A stretch of 64,000 bases of DNA from positions 65,010,429 through 65,074,428 of the forward strand of contig NC_090396.1 of assembly GCF_036365525.1 (NCBI RefSeq), given 5' to 3'. This document shows, piece after piece, positions 26,901-38,900 of the stretch (positions are counted from its first letter, which is position 1; every line of letters starts with the position of its first letter). The notes beneath the pieces are model-generated. The model worked only from the letters and a program-made list of their open reading frames with translations, ran no database searches and was not told the origin of the DNA. Source of the stretch: Heterodontus francisci (Eukaryota). Position numbers and translations under genes: made by a program.

Positions 26901-29900
26901 TAAAAGCTAACACACCATATGCCTTCTTAACAGCCCTATTAACCTGGGTAGCAACCTTCAGGGATTTATGCACCTGGGCACCAAGATCTCTCTGTTCATC
27001 TACACTACCAAGAATCTTCCCATTAGCCCAGTACTCTGCATTCCTGTTACTCCTTCCAAAGTGAATCACCTCACACTTTTCCGCATTAAACTCCATTTGC
27101 CATCTCTCAGCCCAGCTCTGCAGCCTATCTATGTCCCTCTGTACCCTACAACATCCTTCGGCACTATCCACAACTCCACCGACCTTAGTGTCATCTGCAA
27201 ATTTACTAACCCACCCTTCTACACCCTCTTCCAGGTCATTTATAAAAATGACAAACAGCAGTGGCCCCAAAACAGATCCTTGCGGTACACCACTAGTAAC
27301 TAAACTCCAGGATGAACATTTGCCATCAACCACCACCCTCTGTCTTCTTTCAGCTAGCCAATTTCTGATCCAAAGCTCTAAATCACCTTCAACCCCATAC
27401 TTCCGTATTTTCTGCAATAGCCTACCGTGGGGAACCTTATCAAACGCCTTATTGAAATCCATATACGCCACATCCACTGCTTTACCCTCATCCACCTGTT
27501 TGGTCACCTTCTCGAAAAACTCAATAAGGTTTGTGAGGCACGACCTACCCGTCACAAAACCGTGCTGACTATCTCTAATGAACTTATTCTTTTCAAGATG
27601 ATTATAAATCCTGTCTCTTATAACCTTTTCCAACATTTTACCCACAACCGAAGTAAGACTCACAGGTCTATAATTACCAGGGCTGTCTCTACTCCCCTTC
27701 TTGAACAAGGGGACAACATTTGCTATCCTCCAGTCTTCCGGCACTATTCCTGTCGACAATGACGACATAAAGATCAAGGACAAAGGCTCTGCAATCTCCT
27801 CCCTAGCTTCCCAGAGAATCCTAGGATAAATCCCATCTGGCCCAGGGGACTTATCTATTTTCACACTTTCCAAAATTGCTAACACCTCCTCCTTGTGAAC
27901 CTCAATCCCATCTAGCCTAGTAGCCTGAATCTCAGTATTCTCAACAACATTTTCTTTCTCTACTGTAAATACTGACGCAAAATATTCATTTAACACTTCC
28001 CCTATCTCCTCTGATTCCACACACAACTTCCCACTACTATCCTTGATTGGCCCTAATCTAACTCTAGTCATTCTTCTATTCCTGATATACCTATAGAAAG
28101 CCTTAGGGTTTTCCCTGATCCTATCCACCAATGACTTCTCGTGTCCTCTCCTTGCTCTTCTTAGTTCTCCCTTTAGATCCTTCCTGGCTAGCTTGTAGCT
28201 CTCAAGCGCCCTAACTGAGCCTTCACGTCTCATCCTAACATAAGCCGCCTTCTTCCTCTTGACAAGCGCTTCAACTTCTTTAGTAAACCACGGCTCCCTC
28301 GCTCGACAACCTCCTCCCTGCCTCACAGGTACATACTTATCAAGGACACACAGTAGCTGCTCCTTGAATAAGCTCCACATTTCGATTGTTCCCATCCCCT
28401 GCAGTTTCCTTCCCCATCCTACGCATCCTAAATCTTGCCTAATCGCATCATAATTTCCTTTCCCCCAGCTATAATTCTTGCCCTGCGGTATATACCTGTC
28501 CCTGCCCATCGCTAAGGTAAACCTAACCGAATTGTGATCACTATCACCAAAGTGCTCACCTACATCTAAATCTAACACCTGGCCGGGTTCATTTCCCAGT
28601 ACCAAATCCAATGTGGCATCGCCCCTGGTTGGCCTGTCTACATACTGTGTCAGAAAACCCTCCTGCACACACTGGACAAAAACTGACCCATCTAAAGTAC
28701 TCGAACTATAGTATTTCCAGTCGATATTTGGAAAGTTCAAGTCCCCCATAACAACTACCCTGTTACTCTCGCCCCTGTCGAGAATCATCTTCGCTATCCT
28801 TTCCTCTACATCTCTGGAACTATTCGGAGGTCTATAAAAGACTCCCAACAGGGTAACCTCACCTCTCCTGTTTCTAACCTCGGCCCATACTACCTCAGTA
28901 GACGAATCCTCAAACGTCCTTTCTGTCGCTGTAATACTCTCCTTGATTAACAATGCCACCCCCCCCCCCCTCTTTTACCATCTTCTCTGTTCTTACTAAA
29001 ACATCTAAATCCCGGAATCTGCAACATCCATTCCTGCCCCTGCTCTACCCATGTCTCCGAAATGGCCACTACATCGAGATCCCAGGTACCAACCCATGCT
29101 GCAAGCTCACCCACCTTATTCCGGATGCTCCTGGCGTTGAAGTAGACACACTTTAAACCAGGTTCTTGCTTGCCAGTGCCCTCTTGCGTCCTTGTAACCA
29201 TATCCCTGACCTCACTGCTCTCAACATCCTGTACACTGGCACTACAATTTAGGTTCCCATTCCCCTGCTGAATTAGTTTAAACACCCCCAAAGAGCACTA
29301 GCAAATCTCCCCCCCCAGGATATTGGTACCCCTCTGGTTCAGGTGAAGACCATCCTGTTTGTAGAGGTCCCACCTACCCCAGAAAGAGCCCCAATTATCC
29401 AGGAAACCAAAACCCTCCCTCCTGCACCATCCCTGCAGCCACGTGTTCAACTCCTCTCTCTCCCTATTCCTCGCTTCGCTATCACGTGGCATGGGCAACA
29501 ACCCAGAGGTAACAACTCTGTTTGTTCTCGTTCTAAGCTTCCACCCTAGCTCCCTGAATTTCTGTCTTAAATCCCCATCTCTCTTCCTACCTATGTCGTT
29601 GGTGCCTATGTGAACCACGACTTGGGGCTGCTCCACCTCCCCCTTAAGGATCCCAAAAACACGATCCGAGACATCACGAACCCTGGCACCTGGGAGGCAA
29701 CATACCAACCGTGAGTCTCTCTCGTTCCCACAGAACCTCCTATCTGTTCCCCTAACTATGGAGTCCCCAATGACTAATGTTCTGCTCCTCTTCCCCCTTC
29801 CCTTCTGAGCAACAGGGACAGACTCTGTGACATTTCTAATATTTGCCAGTTCCGAAGAAGGGTCACTGACCCGAAATGTTAACTCTGCTTCTCTTTCCAC

Positions 29901-32900
29901 AGATGCTGCCAGACCTGCTGAGTGGTTCCAGCATTTCTTGTTTTTATTTGGGAACCTAATGTTCTCTTTTACTCTCTGGTTGATGCCTTCTTGGCAGCAC
30001 AGCTGAATCTTATTAGTTCCCCTAACCCCATTTGATAAACCCAGTGGCAACAGAGCACGTTGCTGGTGGGTAATCCGTTCCATTCATTCACTAGAGTACA
30101 ACTTCCTAATCTATCGAGAGGAGGTACAAGACAAAACCTTGGCTCATGGACATTTAACCAGCAGTTTTAAAAACACACAATTCCTTGACTAAAGGACTCC
30201 AGTAAATATAGTTGTCTCTCTTTTTTGGAAAATATTTGGTTTATTTAATTCAGAATCATACTTTTCCTTTTAGTTTAATACTTTACTCTGAAGTAATTCT
30301 GCAGCTTTTGCACTCAACTGATCAGGCAGTACCTTCCTTATAAGATTCTTAGCTGCATGAGAAAATATGCATCAAGAGGAGACTAATCCCCTGTAGTTTG
30401 CACTGTTGCTTACTCTCCCTAAAGACAAAAAAACTTGCATCTATTCAACACTCTAATGTGTCTTTCAAAGAATGAATTATCTGATGCGATTATGAGAGAT
30501 AAAGTGGCAGCCATGTTTTGCACAGCAAAGTCCCGCAAACGACAGTGAGGTGAATGGCAAGTTAGTTTTTTAATGGCTGTGTGAGGGAGTTATGTTGGTC
30601 AGGATGTCAGGAGTGCACTTGCTTTTCATCAAATTGTGCCCCCAAAGCTTTAACACCCACCTGAACCCTTCATCAGGCAGATGGGATCTCAGTTTAGCAC
30701 TTCCAACAATCAGCATTCCCTCAGCACCACACTGAAATGTCGATCTGAATCATCCACTCAAGTTCCAGAGTAGGGCTTGAGTGTATAATCTTCTAACTGA
30801 GCCAAGTCGGCGCCTTGTTCAATATCCTGACAGACCCCTTCCCTAAAAAATATTGCGCAAAAACTCCAGGGTAACAGTCTTGACATTTATAAATTTTTAT
30901 CATTCAGCCCCCAGCAACAACATTCTGCAGAAGACATTTCAGTGGTTTTGTAGGAGACATACTATTACACATTCAATGATCTGTATGATCCTTAATGTGA
31001 GAGGAACTGAATTAGTAGAAAAGGCTGGAAAAACACGGCTCTTCAACTTTGGCAAGTGGTGATTGAGTGTAGAGTAGCGCCATCTGATCACCAGTGTTGT
31101 AGGATTGAGTTGAGAAATTTGGGGCTGTCAACTTTGAAACGTGCTGACTGAAAGGGAGCTTCATTATAATATGTGCTACAGTAAATCCAGACTATATTTT
31201 CAATGAAGTGAAACAAGGGGACACAGGTTCTAAAAGAACACAGCAAATTTAAAAGATTTGTCATCGCTTGGAATAGTCTAGGCAAAATCCCAGGAATTAT
31301 TTAAGAAATAGTTGCATTTTGTGATGGGGGGACTCTCTTTGGATGAGCTGGGATGGCTGAATGACCTTCCTGATTTGTACTGACTCTGTGTAATGTTTAA
31401 TTTTAAAGCAGGTGTTTATCTCGAATTTTGCAGTAAGTAGTTTTTTAACAGCATTAATCAACACAATAACTGGTTTTAACCAAAAATGAGCTTCATTTCC
31501 TTTTGAGGACTCGAGAACTTTGATTTCCAACTTCTCTCCACTCCCTGTTCTGGGCTATTTGCTGAAGTGTGAGTTTATACTGCATACAGAGTGATTTACT
31601 GCAGATGGCACTCAATACTGCGTGTGGAGAGTGTAATTCCAGTGTGTATTGAGTATGACACATAGTGCATGTGTTTTAATCTTCTGTTTTATCATCGTTG
31701 CAGGGAACACCTTCCCAGAGTTTAAAGAGAGTGATGCTATGTTTGTTTCTGAAAGGGTAAGAGGTGTCAATACCAGTCATTCATGTATTTGGATTTGATA
31801 TAAATTCTCTAACGTGTAAAATGAAGGCAACGGGGATGGTGCTTCTTGTTGTGAATTTGAAGATTTACTGCTCAGTTTATTGTCAAACCCTATGTTTGAA
31901 ATAAGTGTGTTCTTTGTAATCAAATGTTAATGAATTTACCATAAGGAGCACACTTCCTTGTGAGTTGTTACTGTGGAAAATTGTACAAAAGCATCAGAAA
32001 AGTGTATTTTCTAAGACTGATTTGTGGAGGATTTATTTTCCATTGAATATTGTACCGATGATGCCTGCACCTAGTTCCTGGGGGTGGGGGTGGGGGGGGG
32101 GGGGAAGTAGTCACCACTCTTTTAAAAGAAAAAAAACTTGCATTTCTATAGCACCTTTGGTAACCAGAGGACTTCCCAAAGTGCTTTACAGCCAATGAAG
32201 TACTTTTGAAGTGTAGTCACTGTTTTCTTTTCCTATTCTTTCATGGGATGTGGGTGTTGCTGGCAAGACCAGCATTTGTTGCCCATCCCTAATTGCCTTT
32301 GACAACTGAGTGGCTTGCTAGGCCATTTCAGAGGGCAGTTAAGAGTCAACCACATTGCTGTAGGTCTGGGGTCACATGTAGGCCAGACCAGGTAAGGATG
32401 GCAGATTTCCTTACCTAAAGGACATTAGCAAATCAGATGGGTTTTTACAACAATCGATGATAGTTTCATGGCACCATTACTGAGACTAGCTTTCAATTCC
32501 AGATTTTTATTCATTAATTTAATTTATTAATTAATTGAAATTAAATTCTACCAGCTGTCATGGGAATTGAACCTGTGTCCCCATGGTATTAACCTGGGCC
32601 TCTGGATTGCTAGTTCTGTGACATTACCACAGTGCCACCACCTCCCCAATACTGTTGTAATGTAGGAAACACAGCAGCCGATTTGCGCATAGTAAGGAAA
32701 TCCTGCCTCAGGCCCAGAGTGTGCTGAAGCTTTTTTTTTTGGTGTCTCTCCAGGCTCCTGATTGGGTAGATGCTGAAGAATGTCACCGGTGCAGGGTGCA
32801 GTTTGGAGTGGTAACTAGGAAGGTAAGATGATGCTCAATATTTCAAGGTATATTATTGCTCTGTCATTGGTCATACCATGTCACATATAGACTCTTGTTG

Positions 32901-35900
32901 AATGAGCAGTCAAGCAATGAGTTAGCAGCCTTTAAACAATGCCATTGCTAGGGAGAATTAGAATAAAAGAGCTTGGTTTATACAGTATCTTTAACCATCT
33001 CAGGACATACCAAAGCACTTTACAACCAATAAAGTAGCTTTGGAATGCAGTCACTGTTGTAGGGTAACAAGGCAGCCAAGTTACGAACAGCAAGAAAAAT
33101 GACAAGAGTTTTTTTTTAAGCACACATGCTTTTGTAAAACTGCGCAATACTAGATTTGTTGGTTCAATACTGTTCTGTTTTTAATTCTGTTCCTCAGCAT
33201 CACTGCAGAGCATGTGGTCAGATCTTCTGTGGAAAGTGTTCTTCCAAGTCCTCCACCATCCCCAAATTTGGGATTGAGAAAGAAGTCCGTGTTTGTGAAC
33301 CGTGCTTTGAGCAGTTGAACAAGTTAGTAACTTTGGTCTTATCTGTAGGGCCTCAGAGCTGGTTAATGTGCAGGGACAGCTAGTTGGATTTCAGTAATGG
33401 TATCGGTGTATGCCTGAGGCTCTCTTGTTTTACCCCTCCCTATAATTGTTTAGTCTCTGGTTGACGCTGAGCAAAGGTAAGGCATTTCCTCTGGAGGTGG
33501 GAGGGGCCAGAGAGCATCACATGGAGAGCACCTGACCAAAGTCAACTCCCAAGAGTCCACGTACAGACTGAAACTTGTCTGAGTTTAAAGAAGTATGGTA
33601 TTGCTATTCCTGAATGTTACAAAGGAAGGTACGTAAACACTTTATTAGTAATTCCTGGTTGACGTAAAACTCATGACTAGAAGCAGTCTGGGAGCAATCC
33701 ATCCCTCCCTATGTGGCATCATTGACTAGTTCATCTGGACAATCCTGTTCTGGACTCCAAGGCATTACAATTGCTGAATCCCCCACTATCAAAATCCTGT
33801 GGGTTACCATTGACCAGAAACTGAACTGGAGTAGCCATATAAATACTGTAGCTACAAGAGCAGGTCAGAGGCTAGGAATCCTGCGGCGAGTAATTCACCT
33901 CCTGACTCCCCAAAGCCTGTCCACCATCTACAAGGCACAAGTCAGGAGTGTGATGGAATACTCTTCACTTGCCTGAATGGGTGCAGCTCCAACAACACTC
34001 AAGAAGCTCGGCACCATCCAGGACAAAGCAGCCCACTTGATTGGCGCCCCATCCACAAACATTCACTCCCTCCACCACCGACTCACAGTGGTAGCAGTGT
34101 GTACCATCTACAAGATGCACTGCAGCAACGCACCTAGGCTACTCAGGCAGCACCTTCCAAACCCGCGACCTCTACCAACTAGAAGGACAAAGGCAGTAGA
34201 TGCGTGGGAACACCACCACCTGCAATTTCCTCTCCAAGCTACACACCATCCTGACGTGGAACTATATTGCCGTTCGTTCGCTGTCGCTGGGTCAAAATCT
34301 GGAACTCCCTTCCTAACAACACTGTGGGTGTACCTACCCCTCATGGACTGCAGCAGTTCAAGAAGGCAGCTCACCACCACCACCACCTCATGGGCAATTA
34401 GGCATGGGCAATAAATGCTGGCCTAGCCAGCGAGGCCCGCATCCCATGAAACGAATTTAAAAAAAACTTCAGGGAACTCTATCCATTAGTGCTTCTTGTA
34501 GCTATTCAACAGAAAGATGAAAAAGACCATCTAGGCATGATGTTTTGTTTTTCACCTCCTTCTGACTGGAGATGCCTGACCTCCCCTCCCCTGATCAATG
34601 TGGTTCAAAATGGGAATGGAAGAGAGAGGGGTAGGTAGGTGCCTGTGTCCAGCCTCTGTCTATTGCACTGAGTGTTTGTCACTGTATCATGATGATTTTA
34701 CCCTTTTAGTAATTTGCTAGTAAATTGCCTGTGGATTTACTCATGGTTAATTGATGAAGCCAGTGTTTATATCCATGCAAGGTGCTGGCAGTGGGAGTGA
34801 ATGTTCAGAAACATGCTCCACAGAGCCACATGGTGCCTGGAGCCTGCAACTGTGACAGTTGACATATCAAAATTGAATAGGAAATATTGATATAGGAATG
34901 TACAATGGTTAATGTTGATAGATAAAGGTAATCAAAAACTGTGACAACGAAGTCAGATTTGTGAATAGGAAGCACATTCCCCGTGTCAAATTTTTCATCA
35001 TATTATGTTGTGGAAGTCTTAAAATTGGCCCTTTATCTGGTTTGGCTTGTTTGATGATGGACCTTCAGAAACGATTTTGTGTAGAAAGCAGTTTAAAATA
35101 CAGAATAAAATACATTTTAATTGTGTACACGTATCCAGAGTATACAGGTTGATATAGTTGACCTCATGCTGTCCACATAAAAACAATTATTTAATTAAAA
35201 CAGAAAGTGCTGGAAATACTCAGCAGGTCAGGCAGCATTTGTGGAAAGAGAAGAAGAGTTAATGTTTCAGGTCTGTGACCTTTCATCAGAGGTTTTGATG
35301 AAAGGTCACAGACCTGAAACGTTAACTCCGTTTCTCTCTCCACAGATGCTGCCTGATCTGCTGAATATTTCCAGCGCTTTCTGTTTTTATTTCAGATTTC
35401 CACCATCTGCAGTACTTTGCTTTTAATGACAGTTGTTTAATTGTCCTTTTCCATAGCTGTTGTCTTGTTTGGACACGCACAGTTTAGAATGGAAGCAAAA
35501 CATCAAACTTCTCTAATCCATTTCTTAAGTCCAGTCAGTCACTTTTATTTTTCTTTTGGATGGATATTCCACTCGAATCCCAATGCCTGAATGGGGCAAC
35601 ATCTGAAAAATCCCAGTGAAATTGTGTAACGAGAAGTCTCTGGGGAGCTCCAGTCTCTGTGCAGTTAGTCTATAATTGTGTAGGCTGAGTGCGACAGTTC
35701 AGGTTGTTAAAGTTAGGAATGCCTCAGTGTGTGTACCTCTATGGTGACGTATAATTTTTTTTTCACAGAAAGGAAGACCTTGACACCAGTAACATGTACG
35801 CCAAACTTTATTCTCATTAAATTGGTAGATTACAGTTAAACCGATTTATATTATTGCCTTGTAACTTCAGCATTGTATTAATTACTTTTACCTGTTGTGT

Positions 35901-38900
35901 ATTTTATATATAAATACCAAGATTGTAAAGATTTGAAATGGTAAAAGTATGTAATTTAGCATTGTATAGTAAATGTTAACAATCGGCATACATTTTTATC
36001 GAAGGTTAAAGAGCTTGTAAAGATTTAATATAGTAGAGCTATTTATAGCTGTCAAACATGCTCACCTGAATTGAAATCGTTGGCCCTTGTTTAGTCTGTA
36101 TATATAATGCCCACAAAGCCAGGACTTAGTAAGTGGGCACTGTGCTAATTAGCATTCTCTGTCCCCCTGGTAGAGGAAGGGGTTTAAGGGATAGGAAAAT
36201 TGGGATCTGTGTATAACAATACTGCTACTGTTGGACTGATCTGGATTGAAGTAAGTAATAAAATTTTGAAAAAAACCAGTGTTCACTGGTTGTGTCACCC
36301 AGTGACAAAATGTCAGTATAAAGGTACCAAGTGTGCACCAAACGTCCTCCAGAGAGCTTCCCTGACTCTCCCACTGTGAGTGTGGACATTATCAGCATAT
36401 TCTCTGGTTGCTTTTTCCAGTATTTGAATAGGTTTCCATTCAGGATCTGAATCCACACGAGCATTTCAGAAAGGTCAGCTGTTCTGTCTATACTGTGTTT
36501 TCTCCCCCCCTGCTCCCTGGTTTGGTTCGGCTCGGCTCTGACAGTACCGTAGCAAGTTAGATGTTGCAACAAGGACTCCAAACCAGCACTGCATGGTGCA
36601 AGGTTTTGTTGCTGTAGTAAACATGATGCCAAGTTGCCAGCTCTGGTGGTGTACTGGATTTCTGTACCAGGACAATATGTGATGGGTGAATGTCCTGAGT
36701 TCATATTAGTATGTGTATCTCACAAGCTGCTGGGTGCTACGTATGAAAATCCCTCTTGTGTTGACCTGAGAAGAAGGTTTCCTCTTCACCGGGCAATGGT
36801 GTACAAGGCAGGTACTTTTTTTTTTTAAAGTAAGAGGGAGCAGGTGCAGACATGCCGCTGTTTGCTGAAATGTCAATGAGGGGCCTTCCCATTCAGCCAG
36901 TACCAACCCTTGGGGTCATTACAGCAGAATCCAAAAGTAAAAGCACAGACTTTACCTTTGACAGGACCCCTTGTCCAACGAGACGAAAGATTATTCCTCA
37001 CAATCGAGGCAGTCAGCAGCAACCACCTTGTCTAACTCACGTGGGTAATGGAAGTACCTAGCAAACAAATTCAGAAATTGACCGTACCAAACTTCAGCTT
37101 CATCAAACCAGCAGCAGAAAGAATGGCAATTCTTCGCTTCAAAAGTGCTCGATTTCTCATCAAATTGCTTCAAACTATGGGGACTGTTTGAGCCTGTCGC
37201 TCCGAGCACTGTGCCATGACCACAGCCTGCTGGAGTACTGTCTCCGGCACAGGTAGTGGTGTTGCCATGTGAAGGAAGCTTTGGACCTCCAACCATTAAC
37301 ATTTAATTGCAGCATTTCCAAAACTACTAGCACAAGTTAGATACGCGAGCTGAAATATCTGATCTACTGAAAAATAAAATGCTTGCAAGTTCTTAACCTA
37401 GCAGCACCTCTTGGTCTCCACTTCCTAGCAGTTCATTGTTTTAGTGAAGCAGGCCATTGCGTTGTCATATTATAATATGTTTGCCTAGGCTTTCTAAACA
37501 TAAGCAGGCTCCAGTTGAGGTAGCTGTCTGGATGCCTAAGCTTCTGTACAAGAATGTCTGTCATTGGTTATTGCAGAAAACACAGACTTTGTTGTTGTGT
37601 TTCACTTACATTGAGAGATTGAAATGGCATTTGTTCTGCTATCTGATGCAACACAGTCTGACCTTTTATCTTGTTACTTTCCCAGAAAATCTGAGGTCAA
37701 GCCCACAGCTTCAGCACCAGTCGACCTTCCCCCTGAATATCTGACTAGCCCTCTATCCCAGCAGTCACAGGTAAGCAGCAACCCAGTTGGGTTCAACGTG
37801 ATTTGCAGTCTCCTCTTGGATATTTCTGAGTTTCTGCGATAAAAATGGAATACAAAATTTCATCCCAAATTACAGTGCAGCTCACTCCTGCCACCAATTG
37901 TAAAAGCTGAAATATCAAATGTTCAAATAATGGTGACTTTTTAAAAAAACTCTCTTGTGACTCTGAATACCACACTGCTGTACGTACAGAGAGGGTGAGA
38001 GAGTTGCACTGTGCGTGTTGCAAACTGCTGCTGCTTTTTCCTGGCTCAGGATCAACTACCAAATCAGTTTGAAAACCCCATTCCTATTGAAATGAATGGA
38101 AGCACTCTTACTGGCTCCTCTTCCCCCATCAGTCAGTGATAACACTGAACTGACTCTGGAGGAAATGAGATCTGAAGTGATGGCTCTTTGGGACAAGAAA
38201 TTCAAAGGTTTACAACAGCGGTTGATTTTTTTTTAAAATGCACGCACTGGGAAACAAAAGACTTTCCTTCCCCTTCCAGATTTGGAGGCGATAGAAACCT
38301 GTATGGAGGTGTGATTTATTTTCTTTGTCTTAAAGTAGCCCATAACATATTGGACTTGTGTGTTTGGGCGATGGTTTCAAAACTGTAGAACCAAGACATT
38401 GCTTTTAACATTTGTTGGAATTCTGAAAATACAAGAAATAGGAGGAGGAGTAGACCATAAGGCCCGTCGAGCCTGCTCTGCCATTCAGTACAATCATGGC
38501 TGATCTTGGGATTCAACTCCACTTTCTCACCCCCTCGTCATACTGCTTGATTCCCTGAGCAACCAAAAACCTGTCTGTCCCAGCTTTAAATATATTTAAC
38601 AATGGAGCATCCACAACCCCCTGTGGTAGAGAATTCCAAAGATTCACAACCCTTAAAGTAAAGTAGTTTCTCCTCACCTCAGTCCTAAATGATTGACCCC
38701 TTATTCTGAGACTGTGCCCCCACGTTTTAGATTCCTTGACCAGCGGAAACAATTTCTCAGCGTCTGCCCTATCCAGGTCCTTCAGAATCTTTGTATGTTT
38801 CAATGAGATCATCTCTCCTTCTTCTAAACTCTAGAGAGTATAGGCCCAATTTACACAGCCTCTCATCATAGGACAACCCCCTCATCCCAGGGACCAATTT

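Larger units (their letters stand above)
25278..29945. mobile_element. Penelope-like foldback element (inverted pLTR arms) hosting two nested insertions
   Basis: Left arm (25278-25575 plus 25970-26005) is the reverse complement of the right arm (26130-26306 plus 29827-29945); flanked by the 15-bp direct repeat ATTTGGGAACCTAAT (25263-25277, 29946-29960). Confidence 0.75.

Noticed and set aside
26849-28453. Plus-strand ORFs overlapping the CR1 ORF2
   Set aside because: Antisense shadow ORFs of the LINE reverse transcriptase.
29827-30083. N-terminal part of the 261-aa ORF 29298..30083
   Set aside because: Chance read-through from flanking intron and the foldback arm into the truncated CR1 ORF1; not a genuine fusion gene on present evidence.
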